A DNA stretch of 64,000 bases from the NCBI GenBank assembly GCA_032718475.1, contig JAUCBJ010000375.1:1-64000 (forward strand), given 5' to 3'. Shown here one piece after another: positions 34,701 to 49,700 of the stretch. Numbering within the stretch: position 1 is the first letter of the stretch; each line of letters starts with the position of its first letter. The notes under the pieces were generated by a model. It was given only the letters and a program-made list of their open reading frames with translations. It did no database searches and was not told the origin of the DNA. The position numbers and the translations under genes were made by a program. Origin of the DNA: Nemertoderma westbladi (lineage: Eukaryota > Animalia > Xenacoelomorpha).

Positions 34701-37700
34701 AATAAATTAAGTCCTGCCCGTGTAAGGCTCAGCACATACACCCATTAAAATAAATTAAGTCCTGCCCGTGTAAGGCACAGCACATACACCCATTAAAATA
34801 AATTAAGTCCTGCCCGTGTAAGGCACAGCACATACACCCATTAATATAAATTAAGTCCTGCCCGTGTAAGGCTCAGTACATACACCCATTAAAATAAATT
34901 AAGGCCTGCCCATGTAAGGCACAGCACATACACCCATTAAAATAAATTAAGGCCCTCCCTTGTAAGGCTCAGCAGACACACCCATTAAAATAAATTAAGT
35001 CCTGCCCATGTAAGGCTCAGCAGATACACCCATTAAAATAAATTAAGTCCTGCCCGTGTAAGGCTCAGCACATACACCCATTAAAATAAATTAAGTCCTG
35101 CCCATGTAAGGCTCAGCAGATACACCCATTAAAATAAATTAAGTCCTGCCCGTGTAAGGCTCAGCACATACACCCATTAAAATAAATTAAGGCCCTCCCT
35201 TGTAAGGCTCAGCAGATACATCCATTAAAATAAATTAAGTCCTGCCCGTGTAAGGCTCAGCAGATACATCCATTAAAATAAATTAAGTCCTGCCCGTGTA
35301 AGGCTCAGCACATACACCCATTAAAATAAATTAAGTCCTGTCCCTTGTAAGGCTCAGCACATACACCCATTAATATAAATTAAGGCCCTCCCTTGTAAGG
35401 CTCAGCAGATACATCCATTAAAATAAATTAAGTCCTGCCCGTGTAAGGCTCAGCATGTACACCCCTTAAAATAAATTAAGGCCCTCCCTTGTAAGGCTCA
35501 GCAGATACATCCATTAAAATAAATTAAGTCCTGCCCGTGTAAGGCTCAGCACATACACCCATTAATATAAATTAAGGCCCTCCCTTGTAAGGCACAGCAC
35601 ATACACCCATTAAAATAAATTAAGGCCCTCCCTTGTAAGGCTCAGCAGATACATCCATTAAAATAAATTAAGTCCTGCCCGTGTAAGGCTCAGCATGTAC
35701 ACCCCTTAAAATAAATTAAGGCCCTCCCTTGTAAGGCTCAGCAGATACATCCATTAAAATAAATTAAGTCCTGCCCGTGTAAGGCTCAGCACATACACCC
35801 ATTAATATAAATTAAGGCCCTCCCTTGTAAGGCACAGCACATACACCCATTAAAATAAATTAAGGCCCTCCCTTGTAAGGCTCAGCAGATACATCCATTA
35901 AAATAAATTAAGTCCTGCCCGTGTAAGGCTCAGCATGTACACCCCTTAAAATAAATTAAGGCCCTCCCTTGTAAGGCTCAGCACATACACCCATTAAAAT
36001 AAATTAAGGCCCTCCCTTGTAAGGCTCAGCAGATACATCCATTAAAATAAATTAAGTCCTGCCCGTGTAAGGCTCAGCACATACACCCATTAATATAAAT
36101 TAAGGCCCTCCCTTGTAAGGCTCAGCACATACACCCATTAATATAAATTAAGGCCCTCCCCTGTAAGGCTCAGCAGATACATCCATTAAAATAAATTAAG
36201 TCCTGCCCATGTAAGGCTCAGCACATACACCCATTAATATAAATTAAGGCCCTCCCTTGTAAGGCTCAGCACATACACCCATTAAAATAAATTAAGGCCC
36301 TCCCTTGTAAGGCTCAGCAGATACACCCATTAAAATAAATTAAGTCCTACCCGTGTAAGGCTCAGCACATACACCCATTAAAATAAATTAAGTCCTACCC
36401 GTGTAAGGCTCAGCACATACACCCATTAATATAAATTAAGGCCCTCCCTTGTAAGGCTCAGCAGATACATCCATTAAAATAAATTAAGTCCTGCCCGTGA
36501 AAGGCTCAGCACACACACCCATTAAAATAAATTAAGTCCTACCCGTGTAAGGCTCAGCACATACACCCATTAATATAAATTAAGGCCCTCCCTTGTAAGG
36601 CTCAGCAGATACATCCATTAAAATAAATTAAGTCCTGCCCATGTAAGGCTCAGCACATACACCCATTAAAATAAATTAAGGCCCTCCCTTGTAAGGCTCA
36701 GCAGATACACCCATTAAAATAAATTAAGTCCTACCCGTGTAAGGCTCAGCACATACACCCATTAAAATAAATTAAGGCCCTCCCTTGTAAGGCTCAGCAG
36801 ATACACCCATTAAAATAAATTAAGTCCTGCCCATGTAAGGCTCAGCACATACATACATTAAAATAAATTAAGGCCTGCCCGTGTAAGGCTCAGCACATAC
36901 ATCCATTAAAATAAATTAAGTCCTGCCCATGTAAGGCTCAGCACATACATACATTAAAATAAATTAAGTCCTACCCGTGTAAGGCTCAGCACATACACCC
37001 ATTAAAATAAATTAAGGCCCTCCCTTGTAAGGCTCAGCAGATACACCCATTAAAATAAATTAAGTCCTGCCCATGTAAGGCTCAGCACATACATACATTA
37101 AAATAAATTAAGGCCTGCCCGTGTAAGGCTCAGCACATACACCCATTAAAATAAATTAAGGCCCTCCCTTGTAAGGCTCAGCAGATACACCCATTAAAAT
37201 AAATTAAGTCCTGCCCATGTAAGGCTCAGCACATACATACATTAAAATAAATTAAGTCCTGCCCGTGTAAGGCTCAGCACATACATCCATTAAAATAAAT
37301 TAAGTCCTGCCCATGTAAGGCTCAGCACATACATACATTAAAATAAATTAAGTCCTGCCCGTGTAAGGCTCAGCAGATACACCCATTAATATAAATTAAG
37401 TCCTGTCCGTGTAAGGCTCAGCACATACACCCATTAAAATAAATTAAGGCCCTCCCTTGTAAGGCTCAGCAGATACACCCATTAAAATAAATTAAGTCCT
37501 GCCCATGTAAGGCTCAGCACATACACCCATTAAAATAAATTAAGGCCTGCCCGTGTAAGGCACAGCACATACACCCATTAAAATAAATTAAGGCCCTCCC
37601 TTGTAAGGCTCAGCAGATACACCCATTAAAATAAATTAAGTCCTGCCCATGTAAGGCTCAGCACATACACCCATTAAAATAAATTAAGGCCTGCCCGTGT

Positions 37701-40700
37701 AAGGCACAGCACATACACCCATTAAAATAAATTAAGTCCTGCCCATGTAAGGCTCAGCACATACATACATTAAAATAAATTAAGGCCCTCCCTTGTAAGG
37801 CTCAGCAGATACACCCATTAAAATAAATTAAGTCCTGCCCATGTAAGGCTCAGCACATACATACATTAAAATAAATTAAGGCCTGCCCGTGTAAGGCACA
37901 GCACATACACCCATTAAAATAAATTAAGGCCCTCCCTTGTAAGGCTCAGCAGATACACCCATTAAAATAAATTAAGTCCTGCCCATGTAAGGCTCAGCAC
38001 ATACACCCATTAAAATAAATTAAGGCCTGCCCGTGTAAGGCACAGCACATACACCCATTAAAATAAATTAAGTCCTGCCCATGTAAGGCTCAGCACATAC
38101 ATACATTAAAATAAATTAAGGCCCTCCCTTGTAAGGCTCAGCAGATACACCCATTAAAATAAATTAAGTCCTGCCCATGTAAGGCTCAGCACATACATAC
38201 ATTAAAATAAATTAAGGCCTGCCCGTGTAAGGCTCAGCACATACACCCATTAAAATAAATTAAGGCCCTCCCTTGTAAGGCTCAGCAGATACACCCATTA
38301 AAATAAATTAAGTCCTGCCCATGTAAGGCTCAGCACATACATACATTAAAATAAATTAAGTCCTACCCGTGTAAGGCTCAGCACATACACCCATTAAAAT
38401 AAATTAAGGCCCTCCCTTGTAAGGCTCAGCAGATACACCCATTAAAATAAATTAAGTCCTGCCCATGTAAGGCTCAGCACATACATACATTAAAATAAAT
38501 TAAGGCCTGCCCATGTAAGGCACAGCAGATACACCCATTAAAATAAATTAAGTCCTGCCCGTGTAAGGCTCAGCACATACACCCATTAAAATAAATTAAG
38601 GCCCTCCCTTGTAAGGCTCAGCAGATACACCCATTAAAATAAATTAAGTCCTGCCCATGTAAGGCTCAGCACATACATACATTAAAATAAATTAAGGCCT
38701 GCCCGTGTAAGGCACAGCACATACACCCATTAAAATAAATTAAGGCCCTCCCTTGTAAGGCTCAGCAGATACACCCATTAAAATAAATTAAGTCCTGCCC
38801 ATGTAAGGCTCAGCACATACATACATTAAAATAAATTAAGGCCTGCCCGTGTAAGGCTCAGCACATACATACATTAAAATAAATTAAGTCCTACCCGTGT
38901 AAGGCTCAGCACATACACCCATTAAAATAAATTAAGTCCTGCCCCTGTAAGGCTCAGCACATACACCCATTAAAATAAATTAAGTCCTGCCCGTGTAAGG
39001 CACAGCACATACACCCATTAAAAGAAATTAAGTCCTGCCCGTGTAAGGCTCAGCACATACATACATTAAAATAAATTAAGGCCTGCCCGTGTAAGGCACA
39101 GCACATACACCCATTAAAATAAATTAAGGCCCTCCCTTGTAAGGCTCAGCAGATACACCCATTAAAATAAATTAAGTCCTGCCCATGTAAGGCTCAGCAC
39201 ATACATACATTAAAATAAATTAAGGCCTGCCCGTGTAAGGCTCAGCACATACATACATTAAAATAAATTAAGTCCTACCCGTGTAAGGCTCAGCACATAC
39301 ACCCATTAAAATAAATTAAGTCCTGCCCCTGTAAGGCTCAGCACATACACCCATTAAAATAAATTAAGTCCTGCCCGTGTAAGGCACAGCACATACACCC
39401 ATTAAAATAAATTAAGGCCCTCCCTTGTAAGGCACAGCACATACACCCATTAAAATAAATTAAGTCCTGCCCCTGTAAGGCTCAGCACATACACCCATTA
39501 AAATAAATTAAGTCCTGCCCATGTAAGGATCAGCACATACACCCATTAAAATAAATTAAGGCCTGCCCGTGTAAGGCACAGCACATACACCCATTAAAAT
39601 AAATTAAGTCCTGCCCATGTAAGGATCAGCACATACACCCATTAAAATAAATTAAGTCCTGCCCATGTAAGGCTCAGCACATACACCCATTAAAATAAAT
39701 TAAGTCCTGCCCATGTAAGGCTCAGCACATACACCCATTAAAATAAATTAAGTCCTGCCCATGTAAGGATCAGCACATACACCCATTAAAATAAATTAAG
39801 GCCTGCCCGTGTAAGGCACAGCACATACACCCATTAAAATAAATTAAGTCCTGTCCGTGTAAGGCACAGCACATACACCCATTAAAATAAATTAAGGCCT
39901 GCCCGTGTAAGGCTCAGCACATACACCCATTAAAATAAATTAAGTCCTGCCCCTGTAAGGCTCAGCACATACACCCATTAAAATAAATTAAGTCCTGCCC
40001 GTGTAAGGCTCAGCACATACACCCATTAAAATAAATTAAGTCCTGCCCCTGTAAGGCACAGCACATACACCCATTAAAATAAATTAAGTCCTGTCCGTGT
40101 AAGGCACAGCACATACACCCATTAAAATAAATTAAGTCCTGTCCGTGTAAGGCACAGCACATACACCCATTAATATAAATTAAGGCCTGCCCGTGTAAGG
40201 CTCAGCACATTCACACACCCATTAAAATAAATTAAGTCCTGCCCGTGTAAGGCTCAGCACATACATCCATTAATATAAATTAAGGCCTGCCCGTGTAAGG
40301 CTCAGCACATTCACACACCCATTAAAATAAATTAAGTCCTGCCCATGTAAGGCTCAGCACATACACCCATTAAAATAAATTAAGTCCTGCCCATGTAAGG
40401 CTCAGCACATACACCCATTAAAATAAATTAAGTCCTGCCCGTGTAAGGCTCAGCACATACACCCATTAAAATAAATTAAGTCCTGCCCCTGTAAGGCTCA
40501 GCACATACACCCATTAAAATAAATTAAGTCCTGTCCGTGTAAGGCTCAGCACATACACCCATTAAAATAAATTAAGGCCCTCCCTTGTAAGGCTCAGCAC
40601 ATACACCCATTAAAATAAATTAAGTCCTGCCCGTGTAAGGCTCAGCACATACACCCATTAAAATAAATTAAGGCCCTCCCTTGTAAGGCTCAGCACATAC

Positions 40701-43700
40701 ACCCATTAAAATAAATTAAGGCCTGTCCGTGTAAGGCTCAGCACATACACCCATTAAAATAAATTAAGTCCTGCCCATGTAAGGCACAGCACATACACCC
40801 ATTAAAATAAATTAAGGCCCTCCCTTGTAAGGCTCAGCACATACACCCATTAAAATAAATTAAGTCCTGCCCCTGTAAGGCTCAGCACATACACCCATTA
40901 AAATAAATTAAGTCCTGCCCCTGTAAGGCTCAGCACATACACCCATTAAAATAAATTAAGTCCTGCCCCTGTAAGGCTCAGCACATACACCCATTAAAAT
41001 AAATTAAGGCCCTCCCTTGTAAGGCTCAGCACATACATCCATTAAAATAAATTAAGGCCCTCCCTTGTAAGGCTCAGCACATACACCCATTAAAATAAAT
41101 TAAGTCCTGCCCGTGTAAGGCTCAGCACATACACCCATTAAAATAAATTAAGTCCTGCCCCTGTAAGGCACAGCACATACACCCATTAAAATAAATTAAG
41201 TCCTGCCCGTGTAAGGCTCAGCACATACACCCATTAAAATATATTAAGGCCCTCCCTTGTAAGGCTCAGCACATTCACACACCCATTAAAATAAATTAAG
41301 TCCTGCCCCTGTAAGGCACAGCACATACACCCATTAATATAAATTAAGGCCTGCCCGTGTAAGGCTCAGCACATTCACACACCCATTAAAATAAATTAAG
41401 TCCTGCCCCTGTAAGGCTCAGCACATACACCCATTAAAATAAATTAAGTCCTGCCCATGTAAGGCTCAGCACATACATACATTAAAATAAATTAAGGCCT
41501 GCCCATGTAAGGCTCAGCAAATACACCCATTAAAATAAATTAAGTCCTGCCCGTGTAAGGCACAGCACATACACCCATTAAAATAAATTAAGGCCCTCCC
41601 TTGTAAGGCTCAGCACATACACCCATTAAAATAAATTAAGGCCCTCCCTTGTAAGGCTCAGCACATACACCCATTAAAATAAATTAAGGCCTGCCCGTGT
41701 AAGGCTCAGCACATACACCCATTAAAATAAATTAAGTCCTGCCCATGTAAGGCACAGCACATACATCCATTAATATAAATTAAGGCCTGCCCGTGTAAGG
41801 CTCAGCACATTCACACACCCATTAAAATAAATTAAGTCCTGCCCATGTAAGGCTCAGCACATACACCCATTAAAATAAATTAAGTCCTGCCCGTGTAAGG
41901 CTCAGCACATACACCCATTAAAATAAATTAAGTCCTGCCCGTGTAAGGCTCAGCACATACACCCATTAAAATAAATTAAGTCCTGCCCCTGTAAGGCTCA
42001 GCACATACACCCATTAAAATAAATTAAGTCCTGTCCCTGTAAGGCTCAGCACATTCACACACCCATTAAAATAAATTAAGTCCTGCCCCTGTAAGGCTCA
42101 GCACATACACCCATTAAAATAAATTAAGGCCCTCCCTTGTAAGGCTCAGCACATACACCCATTAAAATAAATTAAGGCCTGCCCGTGTAAGGCTCAGCAC
42201 ATACACCCATTAAAATAAATTAAGTCCTGCCCATGTAAGGCACAGCACATACATCCATTAATATAAATTAAGGCCTGCCCGTGTAAGGCTCAGCACATTC
42301 ACACACCCATTAAAATAAATTAAGTCCTGCCCATGTAAGGCTCAGCACATACACCCATTAAAATAAATTAAGTCCTGCCCCTGTAAGGCTCAGCACATTC
42401 ACACACCCATTAAAATAAATTAAGTCCTGCCCATGTAAGGCACAGCACATACACCCATTAATATAAATTAAGGCCTGCCCGTGTAAGGCTCAGCACATTC
42501 ACACACCCATTAAAATAAATTAAGTCCTGCCCCTGTAAGGCTCAGCACATACACCCATTAAAATAAATTAAGTCCTGCCCATGTAAGGCACAGCAAATAC
42601 ACCCATTAAAATAAATTAAGTCCTGCCCATGTAAGGCTCAGCAAATACACCCATTAAAATAAATTAAGTCCTGCCCGTGTAAGGCTCAGCACATACACCC
42701 ATTAAAATAAATTAAGTCCTGCCCCTGTAAGGCTCAGCAAATACACCCATTAAAATAAATTAAGTCCTGCCCATGTAAGGCTCAGCAAATACACCCATTA
42801 AAATAAATTAAGTCCTGCCCGTGTAAGGCTCAGCACATACACCCATTAAAATAAATTAAGTCCTGCCCATGTAAGGCTCAGCAAATACACCCATTAAAAT
42901 AAATTAAGTCCTGCCCGTGTAAGGCTCAGCACATACACCCATTAAAATAAATTAAGTCCTGCCCATGTAAGGCTCAGCAAATACACCCATTAAAATAAAT
43001 TAAGTCCTGCCCATGTAAGGCTCAGCACATACACCCATTAAAATAAATTAAGTCCTGCCCGTGTAAGGCTCAGCACATACACCCATTAAAATAAATTAAG
43101 TCCTGCCCATGTAAGGCTCAGCACATACACCCATTAAAATAAATTAAGTCCTGCCCGTGTAAGGCTCAGCACATACACCCATTAAAATAAATTAAGTCCT
43201 GCCCATGTAAGGCACAGCACATACACCCATTAATATAAATTAAGGCCTGCCCGTGTAAGGCTCAGCACATACACCCATTAAAATAAATTAAGTCCTGCCC
43301 TTGTAAGGCTCAGCACATACATCCATTAAAATAAATTAAGGCCCTCCCTTGTAAGGCTCAGCACATACACCCATTAAAATAAATTAAGGCCCTCCCTTGT
43401 AAGGCTCAGCACATACATCCATTAAAATAAATTAAGTCCTGCCCTTGTAAGGCTCAGCACATACATCCATTAAAATAAATTAAGGCCCTCCCTTGTAAGG
43501 CTCAGCACATACACCCATTAAAATAAATTAAGTCCTGCCCGTGTAAGGCTCAGCACATACACCCATTAAAATAAATTAAGGCCCTCCCTTGTAAGGCTCA
43601 GCACATACACCCATTAAAATAAATTAAGTCCTGCCCATGTAAGGCACAGCACATACACCCATTAATATAAATTAAGGCCTGCCCGTGTAAGGCTCAGCAC

Positions 43701-46700
43701 ATACACCCATTAAAATAAATTAAGTCCTGCCCGTGTAAGGCTCAGCACATACATCCATTAAAATAAATTAAGTCCTGCCCTTGTAAGGCTCAGCACATAC
43801 ATCCATTAAAATAAATTAAGGCCCTCCCTTGTAAGGCTCAGCACATACACCCATTAAAATAAATTAAGGCCCTCCCTTGTAAGGCTCAGCACATACATCC
43901 ATTAAAATAAATTAAGTCCTGCCCTTGTAAGGCTCAGCACATACATCCATTAAAATAAATTAAGGCCCTCCCTTGTAAGGCTCAGCACATACACCCATTA
44001 AAATAAATTAAGTCCTGCCCATGTAAGGCTCAGCAAATACACCCATTAAAATAAATTAAGTCCTGCCCGTGTAAGGCTCAGCACATACATCCATTAAAAT
44101 AAATTAAGTCCTGCCCCTGTAAGGCTCAGCAGATACATCCATTAAAATAAATTAAGTCCTGCCCTTGTAAGGCTCAGCACATACACCCATTAATATAAAT
44201 TAAGTCCTGCCCGTGAAAGGCTCAGCACACACACCCATTAAAATAAATTAAGGCCCTCCCTTGTAAGGCTCAGCACATTCACACACCCATTAAAATAAAT
44301 TAAGGCCCTCCCTTGTAAGGCTCAGCACATTCACACACCCATTAAAATAAATTAAGGCCCTCCCTTGTAAGGCTCAGCACATACACCCATTAAAATAAAT
44401 TAAGTCCTGCCCGTGTAAGGCTCAGCACATACACCCATTAATATAAATTAAGGCCCTCCCTTGTAAGGCTCAGCACATACACCCATTAAAATAAATTAAG
44501 GCCCTCCCTTGTAAGGCTCAGCACATACACCCATTAAAATAAATTAAGTCCTGTCCCTGTAAGGCTCAGCACATACACCCATTAAAATAAATTAAGGCCC
44601 TCCCTTGTAAGGCTCAGCACATACACCCATTAAAATAAATTAAGGCCCTCCCTTGTAAGGCTCAGCACATACACCCATTAAAATAAATTAAGGCCCTCCC
44701 TTGTAAGGCTCAGCAGATACACCCATTAAAATAAATTAAGTCCTGTCCCTGTAAGGCTCAGCACATACACCCATTAAAATAAATTAAGGCCCTCCCTTGT
44801 AAGGCTCAGCACATACACCCATTAAAATAAATTAAGTCCTGTCCCTGTAAGGCTCAGCACATACACCCATTAAAATAAATTAAGGCCCTCCCTTGTAAGG
44901 CTCAGCACATACACCCATTAAAATAAATTAAGGCCCTCCCTTGTAAGGCTCAGCACATACACCCATTAAAATAAATTAAGGCCCTCCCTTGTAAGGCTCA
45001 GCAGATACACCCATTAAAATAAATTAAGTCCTGTCCCTGTAAGGCTCAGCACATACACCCATTAAAATAAATTAAGGCCCTCCCTTGTAAGGCTCAGCAC
45101 ATACACCCATTAATATAAATTAAGTCCTGCCCGTGAAAGGCTCAGCACACACACCCATTAAAATAAATTAAGGCCCTCCCTTGTAAGGCTCAGCACATTC
45201 ACACACCCATTAAAATAAATTAAGGCCCTCCCTTGTAAGGCTCAGCACATACACCCATTAAAATAAATTAAGGCCCTCCCTTGTAAGGCTCAGGATGTAC
45301 ACCCATTAAAATAAATTAAGGCCCTCCCTTGTAAGGCTCAGCACATACATCCATTAAAATAAATTAAGGCCCTCCCTTGTAAGGCTCAGCACATACATCC
45401 ATTAAAATAAATTAAGTCCTGCCCGTGTAAGGCTCAGCACATACACCCATTAAAATAAATTAAGGCCTGCCCGTGTAAGGCACAGCACATACACCCATTA
45501 ATATAAATTAAGGCCCTCCCTTGTAAGGCTCAGCACATACACCCATTAAAATAAATTAAGGCCCTCCCTTGTAAGGCTCAGCACATACACCCATTAAAAT
45601 AAATTAAGTCCTGTCCCTGTAAGGCTCAGCACATACACCCATTAAAATAAATTAAGGCCCTCCCTTGTAAGGCTCAGCACATACACCCATTAAAATAAAT
45701 TAAGGCCCTCCCTTGTAAGGCTCAGCACATACACCCATTAAAATAAATTAAGGCCCTCCCTTGTAAGGCTCAGCAGATACACCCATTAAAATAAATTAAG
45801 TCCTGTCCCTGTAAGGCTCAGCACATACACCCATTAAAATAAATTAAGGCCCTCCCTCCCTTGTAAGGCTCAGCACATACACCCATTAAAATAAATTAAG
45901 TCCTGTCCCTGTAAGGCTCAGCACATACACCCATTAAAATAAATTAAGGCCCTCCCTTGTAAGGCTCAGCACATTCACACACCCATTAAAATAAATTAAG
46001 GCCCTCCCTTGTAAGGCTCAGCACATTCACACACCCATTAAAATAAATTAAGGCCCTCCCTTGTAAGGCTCAGCACATACATCCATTAAAATAAATTAAG
46101 TCCTGCCCGTGTAAGGCTCAGCACATACACCCATTAAAATAAATTAAGGCCTGCCCGTGTAAGGCACAGCACATACACCCATTAATATAAATTAAGGCCC
46201 TCCCTTGTAAGGCTCAGCACATACACCCATTAAAATAAATTAAGGCCCTCCCTTGTAAGGCTCAGCAGATACATCCATTAAAATAAATTAAGTCCTGCCC
46301 GTGTAAGGCTCAGCACATACACCCATTAAAATAAATTAAGGCCCTCCCTTGTAAGGCTCAGCACATACACCCATTAAAATAAATTAAGGCCCTCCCTTGT
46401 AAGGCTCAGCACATACACCCATTAAAATAAATTAAGGCCTGCCCGTGTAAGGCTCAGCACACACACCCATTAAAATAAATTAAGTCCTGCCCGTGTAAGG
46501 CTCAGCACATACACCCATTAAAATAAATTAAGGCCCTCCCTTGTAAGGCTCAGCACATACATCCATTAAAATAAATTAAGGCCCTCCCTTGTAAGGCTCA
46601 GCACATACACCCATTAAAATAAATTAAGGCCCTCCCTTGTAAGGCTCAGCACATACACCCATTAAAATAAATTAAGGCCCTCCCTTGTAAGGCTCAGCAC

Positions 46701-49700
46701 ATACATCCATTAAAATAAATTAAGTCCTGCCCGTGTAAGGCTCAGCACATACACCCATTAAAATAAATTAAGGCCCTCCCTTGTAAGGCTCAGCACATAC
46801 ACCCATTAAAATAAATTAAGTCCTGCCCGTGTAAGGCTCAGCACATACACCCATTAAAATAAATTAAGGCCCTCCCTTGTAAGGCTCAGCACATACACCC
46901 ATTAAAATAAATTAAGGCCCTCCCTTGTAAGGCTCAGCACATACACCCATTAAAATAAATTAAGTCCTGCCCGTGTAAGGCTCAGCACATACACCCATTA
47001 AAATAAATTAAGGCCCTCCCTTGTAAGGCTCAGCACATACACCCATTAAAATAAATTAAGGCCCTCCCTTGTAAGGCTCAGCACATACACCCATTAAAAT
47101 AAATTAAGTCCTGCCCGTGTAAGGCTCAGCACATACATCCATTAAAATAAATTAAGTCCTGCCCGTGTAAGGCTCAGCACATACATCCATTAAAATAAAT
47201 TAAGTCCTGTCCCTGTAAGGCTCAGCACATACACCCATTAAAATAAATTAAGTCCTGCCCGTGTAAGGCTCAGCAGATACACCCATTAATATAAATTAAG
47301 TCCTGCCCGTGTAAGGCTCAGCAGATACATCCATTAAAATAAATTAAGTCCTGCCCTTGTAAGGCTCAGCACATACACCCATTAATATAAATTAAGGCCC
47401 TCCCTTGTAAGGCTCAGCACATACACCCATTAAAATAAATTAAGGCCCTCCCTTGTAAGGCTCAGCAGATACACCCATTAAAATAAATTAAGGCCCTCCC
47501 TTGTAAGGCTCAGCAGATACACCCATTAAAATAAATTAAGGCCCTCCCTTGTAAGGCTCAGCACATACATCCATTAAAATAAATTAAGTCCTGCCCCTGT
47601 AAGGCTCAGCACATACACCCATTAATATAAATTAAGGCCCTCCCTTGTAAGGCTCAGCACATACACCCATTAAAATAAATTAAGGCCCTCCCTTGTAAGG
47701 CTCAGCAGATACACCCATTAAAATAAATTAAGGCCCTCCCTTGTAAGGCTCAGCACATACACCCATTAAAATAAATTAAGGCCCTCCCTTGTAAGGCTCA
47801 GCACATACACCCATTAAAATAAATTAAGGCCCTCCCTTGTAAGGCTCAGCACATACACCCATTAAAATAAATTAAGGCCCTCCCTTGTAAGGCTCAGCAC
47901 ATACACCCATTAAAATAAATTAAGGCCCTCCCTTGTAAGGCTCAGCACATACACCCATTAAAATAAATTAAGTCCTGCCCGTGTAAGGCACAGCACATAC
48001 ACCCATTAATATAAATTAAGGCCCTCCCTTGTAAGGCTCAGCACATACATCCATTAAAATAAATTAAGGCCCTCCCTTGTAAGGCTCAGCACATACATCC
48101 ATTAATATAAATTAAGGCCCTCCCTTGTAAGGCTCAGCACATACACCCATTAAAATAAATTAAGTCCTGCCCCTGTAAGGCTCAGCACATACATCCATTA
48201 AAATAAATTAAGGCCCTCCCTTGTAAGGCTCAGCACATACATCCATTAATATAAATTAAGGCCCTCCCTTGTAAGGCTCAGCACATACATCCATTAATAT
48301 AAATTAAGGCCCTCCCTTGTAAGGCTCAGCACATACATCCATTAAAATAAATTAAGGCCCTCCCTTGTAAGGCTCAGCACATACATCCATTAATATAAAT
48401 TAAGGCCCTCCCTTGTAAGGCTCAGCACATACACCCATTAAAATAAATGAAGGCCTGCCCGTGTAAGGCTCAGCACATACACCCATTAAAATAAATTAAG
48501 GCCCTCCCTTGTAAGGCTCAGCACATACATCCATTAAAATAAATTAAGGCCCTCCCTTGTAAGGCTCAGCAGATACACCCATTAAAATAAATTAAGTCCT
48601 GCCCGTGTAAGGCTCAGCAGATACACCCATTAAAATAAATTAAGGCCCTCCCTTGTAAGGCTCAGCACATACATCCATTAAAATAAATTAAGTCCTACCC
48701 GGGTAAGGCTCAGCACATACACCCATTAAAATAAATTAAGGCCCTCCCTTGTAAGGCTCAGCACATACATCCATTAAAATAAATTAAGTCCTACCCGGGT
48801 AAGGCTCAGCACATACACCCATTAAAATAAATTAAGGCCCTCCCTTGTAAGGCTCAGCACATACACCCATTAAAATAAATTAAGTCCTGCCCGTGTAAGG
48901 CTCAGCACACACACCCATTAAAATAAATTAAGTCCTACCCGGGTAAGGCTCAGCACATACACCCATTAAAATAAATTAAGGCCCTCCCTTGTAAGGCTCA
49001 GCACATACATCCATTAAAATAAATTAAGTCCTACCCGGGTAAGGCTCAGCACATACACCCATTAAAATAAATTAAGGCCCTCCCTTGTAAGGCTCAGCAC
49101 ATACATCCATTAAAATAAATTAAGTCCTACCCGGGTAAGGCTCAGCACATACACCCATTAAAATAAATTAAGGCCCTCCCTTGTAAGGCTCAGCAGATAC
49201 ACCCATTAAAATAAATTAAGTCCTGCCCGTGTAAGGCACAGCACATACACCCATTAAAATATATTAAGGCCCTCCCTTGTAAGGCTCAGCAGATACACCC
49301 ATTAAAATAAATTAAGTCCTGCCCGTGTAAGGCTCAGCAGATACACCCATTAAAATAAATTAAGGCCCTCCCTTGTAAGGCTCAGCACATACATCCATTA
49401 AAATAAATTAAGGCCCTCCCTTGTAAGGCTCAGCACATACACCCATTAAAATAAATTAAGTCCTGCCCCTGTAAGGCTCAGCACATACACCCATTAATAT
49501 AAATTAAGGCCCTCCCTTGTAAGGCACAGCACATACACCCATTAAAATAAATTAAGGCCCTCCCTTGTAAGGCTCAGCAGATACACCCATTAAAATAAAT
49601 TAAGTCCTGCCCGTGTAAGGCTCAGCACATACACCCATTAAAATAAATTAAGGCCCTCCCTTGTAAGGCACAGCACATACACCCATTAAAATAAATTAAG

